The position numbers were made by a program, and so were the translations under genes. Source: Dimorphilus gyrociliatus (lineage: Eukaryota > Animalia > Annelida). From it: DNA of 35,842 nt. The stretch covers positions 91,856 to 127,697 of the forward strand of contig CAJFCJ010000100.1 of the NCBI GenBank assembly GCA_904063045.1. Reading direction: 5' to 3'. The notes under the pieces are model-generated. The model had not been told where the DNA came from and did not search any database. It saw nothing but the letters and a program-made list of their open reading frames with translations. Below, one piece after another: positions 9,351 through 19,800 of the stretch; within the stretch, counting starts at the first letter, position 1, and each line of letters starts with the position of its first letter.

Positions 9351-10639
9351 AATTAACAGACCAAATAAGAATGACTAGAGCAGTATATGGCTTTTTTGAC
9401 ATGATCAATTTAAAATATACAGAATAAACGCCTGTTCAGAAGATAAAAAAAAGACTACTGAATTATTGATGTCATTGAGATTGATAGGATTAGGTAAATC
9501 TTTTCAATTGCAAACTATTCTAGAGAAATTTTGCAAACTGAGTAAAGAAATTGGTAGCCAACAAAAAATGTTTGTCAAAACTATTAAGAAAGTGTTTATT
9601 TTGATTTTTTTTAATATTAATAATATTTTTTGATATACAATCGTATAGATTACATTTTCAGGTAATGGTCACATGATATAGGTGCAAAGTTGCAAAAAGT
9701 CATTTATTTATTTTTTTCTGTAGAATAGGCCTACATCTGAAACTTAAATTGGTCACTAATAGAAAACGCCCTTTGTACTTGTTAAAAATGTCCAGTAGGC
9801 TTTAAAAACAATTTCCAGTTCACAATTTTGAAGCTTCCCAACAATGGAAAGAAATGTTTAATACAATTAAAATTGTACTATTTAAATATCAAAAGATCTT
9901 TGTGTACAGAATAAACAGCTGGCAGTGTAATTGATACTTTCATATAATAACAATGTCTTTTTCTATTCCATTATACTTTTTACAATTAACTTTTATCTTT
10001 CTTTGCAGAATAAAAGAAAGATGATCATTATTATGTATTTCTTATATCTAAAGTCTAAGTATTGATATATTATCATACCTAAGTGCTCAATGATGGGGCA
10101 CAATTTCAATCTGGAGATGAACTGTGGGAGAAAATAAAAAAATGTTCATACCAGGTTATAATTAAAAATCCTGACTTGCTACCAAATTTATATACAGGGA
10201 TTGGGTTAGGATTAGTAAATGCATTGAAAATGAGGGTTGTCATATTCAAAAATAAATAAAAATATTAATCCCCAAACCATTGTCCGAGAATTAATGTCTC
10301 ATGGCCAAATAAGAAAAAAATCATCAAAAAATGAATAATAAGAAAACAAAAACACTTTTATAAAAACTTATCTAAGTGATATTTAAAAGAAACTCATGTG
10401 TATATCCAACTTTAAAGTAATATTTTATGCCTGAAAAATAAAAAAAGTATAATGTTCAGCCCATTAAAATTTTTGGTGTCCAGGTTTTTTTGTCAACCAC
10501 TATATGTTGAAGAAAGAAAACTTTGATAAAAGAATATGTTAAATATATATGTAATAAATGAAATATTTACAATAAATATCATATCACTTTTCATATTGGC
10601 TTAATTTTTTAAGAATTAAATTTCCTTATAAAGTGACAG

Positions 10640-11623
10640 AAAATGCCCATGAACTTATAAAAACTGGTTGTGTCTGCATATTTGGCATAAAAAATGTCTG
10701 CAAGGTTTGTATTATCTTTTCTTGAAGAACATATACTTAATATTTTTTTCAGATTCATCTGCGTAAACTGTTTTAAAAAAGCTAGAAGCTCATGTTTGGT
10801 GATGTTATAGAGAATTGATGATTCGGAAAAACATAGGGAATGTGTAGTAAATATTATTAATTATTTTGTAAAGTTATGAGGAAAAAGAAACAAATATTGA
10901 TATTTTAGAAAAGAACATTGATGAGAATAACAAAATGAAGGAGGAAAAATTATATATGAAGAGAAAGGAGAGATTAGTCAAGGACAAGAAAACAATACTG
11001 AAGAATTCACAGTTGAATTAAAAGTATCTTTATCATGGAGTAGCAATGACAATTATGATGAAAATATGAACACAATGTTTGGCAAAAGAAAATATCATTA
11101 ATGGAAGTGACACTGAATATGATAATGAAATTGAATTTGAAAATTTTGAAACAATTCAGAATGCACATATAGAATCTGAAAAAAATTGAGGAAGAATCTT
11201 TTGAAAGTGAAAAATTTCAATTTAAAATTCGGTGATATAAAAGTCAAAAAGGCAAATATTTACCTTTTCACAACAGCTTTTCATATAATAATACATTAAA
11301 AACAAAGTGAACTACTGTATTGACCTGTTCTGTCTGATGTAAAAAAAGAAAATGTAAAGCAAGCATCAATCAAAAAGGAAGCAATTTTGCAATTGGGATA
11401 AACATTCATTATCATTCACCAATACAAACTTAAAACCTAGGATTCTTATAAGAAACGAAATCAAAGACAATTGTTCAAATGATAGAAATTGCTCTGGCAA
11501 AAGAATTGCTCAAAATGTTTTGGTCAAGTATTTCAATTGTTCAAACTTACCAAATATAATTAATTGTAAGGAAGTGGCAAATTCGTATAGAAGGAAGAAC
11601 AGGCCAAATCATCAATTGGAGGG
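10640..11623 (+). mobile_element. MULE/Mutator (Phantom-like) transposase relic 1: degenerate PHD exons, acidic linker, FLYWCH; heavily decayed
   Basis: CLHIWHKKCLQ G|gt (donor 10705), then FICVNC. FLYWCH-like SQKGK..HNSFSY..TCSV*..CKASI..HYH with three TGA stops. Ends at RRKNRP, joined to LTR-derived sequence. Confidence 0.7.
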
Positions 11624-11893
11624 AAACCTAACCCTAAATTATATACAGAAAATTGCTATTTGCAATTACAGTAATATTATTATTACAGTAATATTAATCT
11701 ATACATTTATGATTTTAAACAAAAACTAGTTCAATTAAATATCAATTATGCTTAAATTCTAAGTTTAGATTCTGTTCACTATTCAACACCATTATATACA
11801 CAATACAGTTCTTCTTGACATGTGTTAATCAGATATTCTTTCTTCTTTTATACTGATGCCAAATTTACCATTTCAATCAATTGAATATCATTA
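11624..11893 (+). mobile_element. Relic of the retroelement LTR/leader (inverted relative to 3034-3296)
   Basis: Clear alignment, e.g. aaaactagttcaatta..atcaattatgcttaaattctaag.ttagat..ttcactattcaaca. Confidence 0.85.
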
Positions 11894-11915
11894 ACAAAGT
11901 AAATGTCCTGACCCC

Positions 11916-12240
11916 CACTTGAAATGTGCAATTTTGTCCTCTTTAAGGTTAAAGATTGCCATTGTTCCTTTAGAAGTTTCTCTTTCAATGGATTCATCTG
12001 GTTCAGCATGTATTAGTCTGTTGAAGGTGCCTCTTTCCATTGTTATGTTTTCCATTTTTGATGTGGTTGAAATCTATTTTGGGTAAAATTTATGTTTGGA
12101 TTAATTGGTTTATTGTCAAATCTTCTATTAAATTGTTCGAATTCCTTTTCATCGTCTTTCCTTGCATTGTTGAAAAATATCTCTGCTCTTTTTGCCATTT
12201 TAATATACTGTCCACTGAGCTGATCTTCCCATCTTTTTTT
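11916..12240 (-). mobile_element. Relic of gag C-terminus (same orientation as 1410-1752)
   Basis: Translates QYIKMAKRAEIFFNNARK..RRFDN..QNRFQ, matching QYIKLAKRAEIFFDNARK..RRFDN..QNRFQ in the left element. Confidence 0.9.
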
Positions 12241-12244
12241 ACAA

Positions 12245-12403
12245 GACGATAGTGATTCAATCAGAAAGAATGATTTTGAGATTGTAAAGGGAGGGAGCAG
12301 AAAGGGACATGACATTCTTCTAATTGATGGATACTCTTTTGTTGTTAAACATAAAACACTTACAACTACAATTTGGGTGTGCAGTGTGAGAAATAAGAAG
12401 AAA
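12245..12403 (+). mobile_element. Isolated FLYWCH fragment (fourth MULE-derived piece)
   Basis: FEIVKGGSRKGHDILLIDGYSFVVKHKTLTTTIWVCSVRNKKK aligns with FTVLLGGSQRVKDILSHDGFAFNIKKRSKNMIIWRCSVRNKKK of relic 2. Confidence 0.8.
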
Positions 12404-12648
12404 AGAAACAAAGAACATGGAAAAGATGCAGGTGAAACACCAGATGCTAATGAGACAGGCCTGTTTGCTGTGACACATGTTTGGCATGTGGCCCTGATCT
12501 TACAATTATATTTTATATGAGTCATATAACAAGTCTTTCATATTTTTGTGACATGAGAATTATGAGACTGTAAGATTTCAATTTTGTAATCCTCTGACCA
12601 CTTCAACCCAAGCTTTAAGAAATGTATAAAAGGAAATGCATTTCCCCA

Positions 12649-12946
12649 GCTTGTCAGTTCAGTTTTTTAACTGTTAACTGGTTGTTTAAACTTATTTGTT
12701 TAGAACCAGAAACTCATTTACTCAATACATATCCTTTAAATGAAATACTGGCATTTTGTTGATAATTTTCTACCGAAATTACATTTCTTAAGACTACTTG
12801 TGGACGAATTTGAAAGGTTCTATTTGTGTGAGTACTTTGGTAAGTTGATAAATGATTGGAAAGGACGAATACTGTTCTGAAGAAGCAGAAAACCAGAGCA
12901 AAGGAAATATATGAGTATCTTAATAAAATAAATGAATTAATGTTGA
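12649..12946 (+). mobile_element. Relic of retroelement 5' leader and gag start, internally deleted (inverted relative to 2385-2775)
   Basis: ATG at 12852 reads MIGKDEY (left element MIGKDDY), then jumps to RAKEIYEYLNKINELML (left element RAKEVDEYLSKINELML). Confidence 0.9.
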
Positions 12947-13049
12947 CTAAAACTGAAAAACTGGGCATTTTCAACAACATCCAGTTTCTCTTTATTTTTA
13001 CAAGAATTTCATCTTTTAAAACAATTCAGTTGGTATTGAAATATATTTT

Positions 13050-13345
13050 CAGAACCACATTGAAAAATGTTAAAAGCTTTGTTAGGAAATGCTACCTTGT
13101 CAATTATGTTCACAACTATACATGCATGCTGGATCTATGATTCCCTCACAGTAGCTCTTGCATGACTAACGCTGTAAACTAATAATAAGTTACATATTAT
13201 TATTAACTGATGTAACTTACTTTTTCTTGCATGAGCTTTTTTGCAAGCAATTCTTTCAACATCAACTCATCTTGAAGCATGTTTTTCAATTCCTCTTTTT
13301 TTTCCATTTCTTTCAAAATTGACCTAAAACCTCCAGCAAAAATTA
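13050..13345 (-). pseudogene. Possible decayed coiled-coil plus RING-like exons
   Basis: ELMLKELLAKKLMQEK, a phase-0 gtaagt...tttacag intron, then R*SCKSYCEGIIDPACMYSCEHN*QGS with several stops. The Cys spacing is imperfect. Confidence 0.25.
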
Positions 13346-13402
13346 TTCTAAACAAATAAGTTTAAACAACCAGTTAATAGTTAAAAAACTGAACTGACAA
13401 GC

Positions 13403-14965
13403 ATGGATGGAGAAAAGTTGAACAAATGGTTCTCTGACAACCTTAAATGTACCATCCAGATACCAAACTTTGCTTTTGGATAAAAGGTCACACTGTTGCT
13501 TGGAAGCAAATATGATTATTCTCTGATTTCCAAATGAAACATCTCTTTGCAGGAAATCATCAGGAAGAAAATCAATATTTATTTCAAAAAAAGGATCATT
13601 TGATGTTATAGGTCTTTTCTTCTGTCTGGTGATATTGGCTAATCTCCTCAAATTTTCCATATTTGGGAAACTATTCTCCTCAGCTGAACATTTTAATAAA
13701 ATATCTTCAGCAGTTTTTCTCCCTGATGACCTGACATCATTATTACAAATACTTCTTAGTTCTCTCCTTACCTTTATACTTGATATTAAACTCTTCCTTT
13801 TTTCATGGTTATGATTTATACAATGTGAGACAAATATATTTCCTCTTAGTTTGATTGTTGTAGGACAATTTTTTTTTATTTCTGACAGAGCATCTCCAAA
13901 TTATCATATTCTTACTTCTTTTCTTTATATTAAAAGCAAATCCATCATGTGATAGAATGTCCTTGACTCTCTGGCTTCCTCCAAGAAGAACTGTAAATTT
14001 TTCATTTTGATCTGCTTTTTCTTCCTCATTCATTTCAAATGAGTCCTCTATAAAATTATTACAATCCATACTATTTACAATAGTTGGATCAGCTTCCACC
14101 TGTTGATTTTCAGAAACATTCTTATTATTTGTGGCATCTAAAATGACATTTACATCCAATCGCTTTAGTCTAATAAAACATGTTTTCTTGGTAATCATAT
14201 TACAAGATTCACACAAGCCTCCACTCATTTCTGCTTCAATTAAAGAAATAAATTAAATATCTTAAAATCAATTAAATAATTACCTATACATGTATGATTG
14301 CAATATAAGCATTTCAATGTCATTTTGGAGTATGGTTCACAAAGATTGCAAATGTGCTGAGTTGGATCTTTAAAAAAGAGCTTATTAAATATAAATAGAT
14401 ATATCTATATATTAATGAAAAGACATCTACCTTTGAGACACTTTTGGTGGAGAAATTTTTGGCATTCAACACATTTTAACTTCTTTTGTCTGCCATAAAA
14501 TCAAATGTCACAGTTTGGACAAAGTGAGGCCATCTTTGAGTTTAAGATTTCACTGGAAAAAAAATGTAACAGCCTATATATGAAATAAACATTTTTTTAA
14601 CATTAAAATTATACTCACAGGATTGTGTCCTTATAGGCTAAGCATATATAAAAATATTAAATTTTACCTTTACGCTTTCAAATCATGTAAACAGGAAGTA
14701 AGGGACTACTTTCTTTGTCACAAAATACACCTGGTAATGCATAGTTTGATATCTACCAGTTTTCTCAAAAGCAGAGCTTTAGTTTGCTAAGTATTGTAAC
14801 TACAAAAAAAAGTTTCTCATTTTACAGTATATATATTTTATATACTTTCTTTTAAAAATGATAAAACTTGCTGCTACCAAAAGGGGACGAGTTTTCCCAA
14901 AAAAGGGGACGACTTTTCCCAAAAAGGGGATGAGTTTTCCCAGGGACGAGCTGTTCCTCTCCCCC
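13403..14965 (-). mobile_element. MULE (Phantom-like) element relic 2: terminal repeat array, spliced PHD plus Cys-finger exons, FLYWCH, N-terminal part of MULE catalytic domain; 3' truncated
   Basis: Exons 14533-14431, 14367-14284 and 14230 onward splice in frame. One TGA lies in the PHD and one frameshift in an A-run near 13870. WYLDGTFKVVREPFVQLFSIHA (first catalytic Asp) then joins retro sequence. Confidence 0.85.
14879..14965. repeat. Subterminal tandem repeats (AAAAGGGGACGAGTTTTCCC x3 plus partial), likely MULE terminal inverted-repeat arm
   Basis: Three 20-22 bp units with no spacers, located 5' of relic 2 and ending ...TCCTCTCCCC. Confidence 0.7.
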
Positions 14966-14978
14966 TGTACATTCGCAC

Positions 14979-15236
14979 TGTACAACTTTGGTTATATTTT
15001 ACATGCTTGAACTATATTATTTTATGCAACTTATATATGTACCTCTTAAAACCTACCCAAGAAAATGTTACAACATTGGTCAAACATATGTCTGATTAGT
15101 CAGCTTGAAGGCTCATCTTTAATTGCCAATAAAGGTTTGGCCAAGTTATAATTTAATTAACTTGCCTGAGGTGAGGCCAAGTTATAATCTAATTAGCCTT
15201 CCTAAATGTTGAACCTTGTAACATCCTCTTACTAAA
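14979..15236 (+). repeat. Unclassified dispersed repeat, copy 2, with internal duplication of ggccaagttataat..aatta
   Basis: Matches 8287-8499. Confidence 0.75.
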
Positions 15237-15664
15237 GCTAAATAGGGACCAGTAGAAAATGGCCAGAGCTGTGATTGAAAATGGCCAAAGACCTACTTTA
15301 TATAGAAACTAATAAAAATAAATGTTAAAAAGAGGACTTAGGTGCTATTTGTTTTTTGTAATAATGTAGATATTAAAGCCTTTACATAATTAAATGTTTA
15401 TGAGTGATAATGTCACAACTAAAACATTATACCAGTTTTCTGTTGTAAAATGTATATTTCATTCATTTTGAAACTTTCTGTTTGAAACCATTAGGTAACA
15501 TTCATAAATTTGATAATTTAAATATTATATAATTGGCCAAATTACTTGGTGATTTATGTTATATTTAAAAAGAACTAACTTTCTTCTTGTTATCATTTTT
15601 TTTTCAGAAAATTTTTGATTGCATTTTCACAGAAAGTTCAACTTGATATCAGACCACTTTCAAA

Positions 15665-16845
15665 ATGGCTCCTTTTTACAATTCTTGCCAAACAAAAATA
15701 AAAAAAAAATATGAAGGCATATGCATTCTACGCAAGAAAATATTTCACTTGAAATTTTTAAGAGGTGAGACTTGATTAGTTTTTTTAAACTTTTAAAAGT
15801 TGTGTTTTAAATGGTTTTTGCTCAATGTGCACAACAATTAACAAACATCAATTAAAAGTTGTTTTGAACAAACAAGATGACATCTACATTTTTTTCAACA
15901 ACCAGAAGTTGAAAAAACACTGCAATGGAGGTGGACAACCAAGCTTGCACTTCTGATAAAATAATGGGAGAAGAGAGCATGACAGAAGATGTTACTGCAT
16001 TTCAATTGGAAGAAGAAATCCAAACAAGTCATTGTGAAATCCCACATTCAGTTCTGGAGAATGAAAATATGATGGAAGTTGACCATGAAGAGGAATGTAT
16101 GACAACTGATATCATACAAGAATTTGATGCCCAAAATCATATAGAAAGCTCTTTTGAAGACATAATGGATGAAGTAAATTTAGATGATGATGGAGCATTT
16201 AAAATTTTCAAGTATGGAAGCCAAAAAGGAAAACCACTAATGATTCACAATAGCTTTTCATATACAATAAAAGAACATGGAGAGCACTTCAAAATATGGA
16301 GATGCAGTATGAGAAATAAAAACAAAATATGTCCTGGAAGTATAAATGAATATAAGGGTAATTGCCAAATAGGCTCCAAACAACACATTCATCCTCCAAC
16401 ATCAAATTTGGAAAAAATCAGAGAAATGAAAATCAATATAAGAGAAAGAGCAAATAAGGATTTGAATGTAAACAGCAAAAGAATAGTAGAAGACTCATAT
16501 CTGCAAAATGAAAAAGTGTTCAATTTTCCAAAAATATCTACATCACAAGCAATTGTTAACTATCAATAAAGGAAAAACAGACCAAAGGAACCAGAATCAA
16601 TAGCTTTTCTGCTAAATTTTACATTTACTTTAAATAAATTTTTCAGAGAGGATATTCAGAAAAAAGATGAAAGAATAATAATTTTTGGAACTCACCACCA
16701 AATGCAACTGCTATCTTCTGCAAAGATGTGGTTTTTTGATGGGGATTGGGAAAAAACGTCATTGGGAAAAAACATCCTAGGGTGGGGAAAAACGTACTAA
16801 TTGTTGGGAAAAAACGCACTAAAGGTTGGGAAAAGACATCCTATG
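15665..16845 (+). mobile_element. MULE (Phantom-like) relic 3: degenerate PHD exon, acidic linker, FLYWCH, MULE N-terminus, then terminal-type repeats
   Basis: Exon 15665-15764 reads MAPFYNSCQTKIKKKYEGICILRKKIFHLKFLR G|gtgag. FLYWCH reads SQKGK..HNSFSY..WRCSMR..CPGSI..HIH. A TAA lies at 16567. MWFFDG is followed at once by about five GGGAAAAAACGTC-like units (16746-16845). Confidence 0.85.
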
Positions 16846-16849
16846 GGTG

Positions 16850-19800
16850 GCTAAAGATATACTTGGCATAATTATTGATACTTATAATCAGAAATATTTT
16901 TCTTTACTGTTTATTTCATTTTTAAGAAAAGTATTAATATTTTTGAAGAAAGGTATATGTATTGTAATGCTTTTACCAGTTTTCTCTGAATTATGTAATG
17001 CTATATGAATTCAACTTATAGATTCAACTGAAAAAAATTCTATCAATTCCAGCATTTTAGCATGAATTGTGAAATATTTTTTACATCATAAATGAAAACG
17101 GGTAAAACAGAAAAGATCAATGAGAGCATAAAAATCAGGAATGTAAAAGCCCAGATTAATGTTGAGAAACTGCAAAAAATTCCAATCAGCAAACAACCTA
17201 GACTATTTCTCCACATATAATCGTATTCTATATATTGTTTTTTAAATCTTAAATCAACAATTCCAATGGAAATGAAGTAAATTCAAGTACTCAAATCTGC
17301 AATGATTAAACTAAAGTTGAAAAAATTCCTTTTTTTTCCAAGATGAAAAGTCTAAAAATTAATGATATTCCATTTTCCAACAGTCCTAAACTGTTAAAGA
17401 TCCATAAAAAAATCTTCAATAATCTGGATTCCAACAAATCTGCACAGGAATTGAAAAGTGATTGACTCAGTTCGCAATAATTTATTTTTGCCAAATATTT
17501 CCAAGTGAAACAACACAATTCAAAAAATTCGCTTGTTAAACTTTCCAAATTAATCAAATGTTTCAAAAGGAATTTTCCTTCAGTCATCAAAATTGCAGCT
17601 TTTTGTAAATTAAGAGTTTTAAGAGAAATGAGAGGAGACAATGACATTTTGTCAATGTTTTTCAAATGACAAAAACTCAAATCCAAGCTTTGAAGTAAAT
17701 CCAGATTTTGAAAGAGAATTTTGGAAAGACTTGTAACATTTGTTTTTGAAAGGCTCAGCTTGAGAAGAGTTTTTAAATGACCAAAAGAAAAAGATAAAGG
17801 GAAATATACAAGGCTATGATGAAGAAGAAGAGTTTGAAATTTTCTTCCAGAACTCTCTGGTAGACCCTTAAAAGATACAATATTGTTGTAGCTTGCATTG
17901 AAATATATCAAATTAGGAAAGGCAGCTAAAATTCTATTGACAAAAAGCCTGGTTTTTGTCACAGTTAAATAGGTCACGGAATTGAAACCTTTACCAAAAA
18001 CTTTTTGAAATGACTCATGAAAATTGACAATGTATATTAATTTTGAAGAAATTCTTTTTACAGTGCTCAATGAATTTTTGTTGAAGTTGCAATGTGTTGT
18101 GTAAAAATTTGGGCAAAAGCTATGATTTGGACACAAAGTTGAAGTGTTGCAATACAATTCATCGCTTCCCTTCAAACAGTCAACAATTCCATGACAAACA
18201 TTGGAAAGATCAATGTAAAATATTTCTTGGCGACATTTGAAAAATCCTCTAGGCTGGAAATTTTCTGAAAATAGAATTCAATGATAAAAGTATGGAAAAA
18301 CAGTGAAACTGTTCATCAAGAACAAACTGCAATCAATTTCATCATCAAATTCTGTGCAGTGGATGATGTTGTCACAAATTTGTTTTATAGAAATACAGTA
18401 TTTGGCAATCCTACAGAGACATTCTCCAACATTGCAAATGGATATATTACATCCATACAAACTCAAAAATGGATAGTGAACTTTGGTTAGTAAATTACCC
18501 ATAGAATCATATTGGATATGACAAGTTCTTGGATACTCATCAATGTCTTTTATTACACTGACACAAATAATTGAATATTTTTTTGACTGATATTTTTGAT
18601 GGCAAAGCCTAGTCGTCTCATCTTTTGAATCGAAGCAGTCTTGGTGATAATTGCACACTTTTTCAATATTAAGACATTTGTTATCACATTTAAAATATTT
18701 CTCCTTTCCATTTGACCCTTTTAAAAGAATTCATCTTTAATTTTTCCAATTAAAACCCTAAAAATGTTTTTTTACTAATGTCCACAAGATTGCCTGTTGC
18801 ATTTTGTGAGAAAAACAATTCTGATGCATTTTCATCACTTCTGTCAAAGCAATTTATTTCGCTGTTGCATAATTTTCCATTGTCAATACATTCATTGTTG
18901 GAGCATCTGTGTTCCATTAATTCAGGTTATTGTAACTTTGTATTTAGTAAATGTGAAACCTTTTTCCAGAAAAGCAAATGTCCCAAACTGATGGTGAAAG
19001 GGAAAACAATCTTTAGTTTCATTGGTTTCTGGAGGAAAGATTGCAAATTTCGAGCCTGCAATAGCCTGTTAGACCTTTTGTTAAGACTCGGGTGACACCT
19101 TTACTCCAGGAAAAAAAGTTAGCACAACTTTACCACAATTTTCCTCATCACTTTCATTTGGACAGTCTGGCACATGGTTACATACATGATGGAAACTGGT
19201 ATTGAAACCATTTCCACACTGATATTCCTCATAAATAGTACAATTTTCTTCATCCTCACCTAATGGACAATCCTTAAAGCCATTGCAATGATACATGACA
19301 TTTATGCAAATTTCATCCTTAGAACAAGAGAATAGATTCCAAGAACATTCACTCTGTTCAAGATTATGTTGCAAGCATTCACTCCATGATAAACTTTTGG
19401 GCGTCAGCTCCTCCTCTCTTCCATCAGCTATTTACAAATCATAATTTAAGTTTACAATACAAAGTCTTACAGAACTTACTGGCTAAACTGGTACAAGCGA
19501 TATTTGTTATTTCTGATGTTAGACAACTGAAAGGTTCAATATTGTATGTTTTGCTTTTGGCCAACACTGAGTCCATTCTATATCTTCTATACAAGAAACA
19601 TTTTGATGATTTAGAAAGTGTAGCCCTCTTAATGTAGGAACGTTGAAATCTGTGACAAATTTTTTGCTGCCTACATTAGGAAGGAATTTTGTTGTAGATG
19701 GAAAAGGTTGACAATTCAAAAGACAGTTTTTTTGAAGTACTTACTCAAGAATTGTTGATTCTGTCGATGTAAAATCGTAAGGTATATTGTCCAAATGAAC

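Noticed and set aside
12043-12525. 160-aa ORF as a chimeric gene
   Set aside because: Mostly the antisense of a FLYWCH fragment running by chance into a gag relic.
14879-14941. CRISPR-like short direct repeats (also 16746-16845)
   Set aside because: No unique spacers of regular length, no cas genes, eukaryotic context; they fit MULE subterminal repeats.
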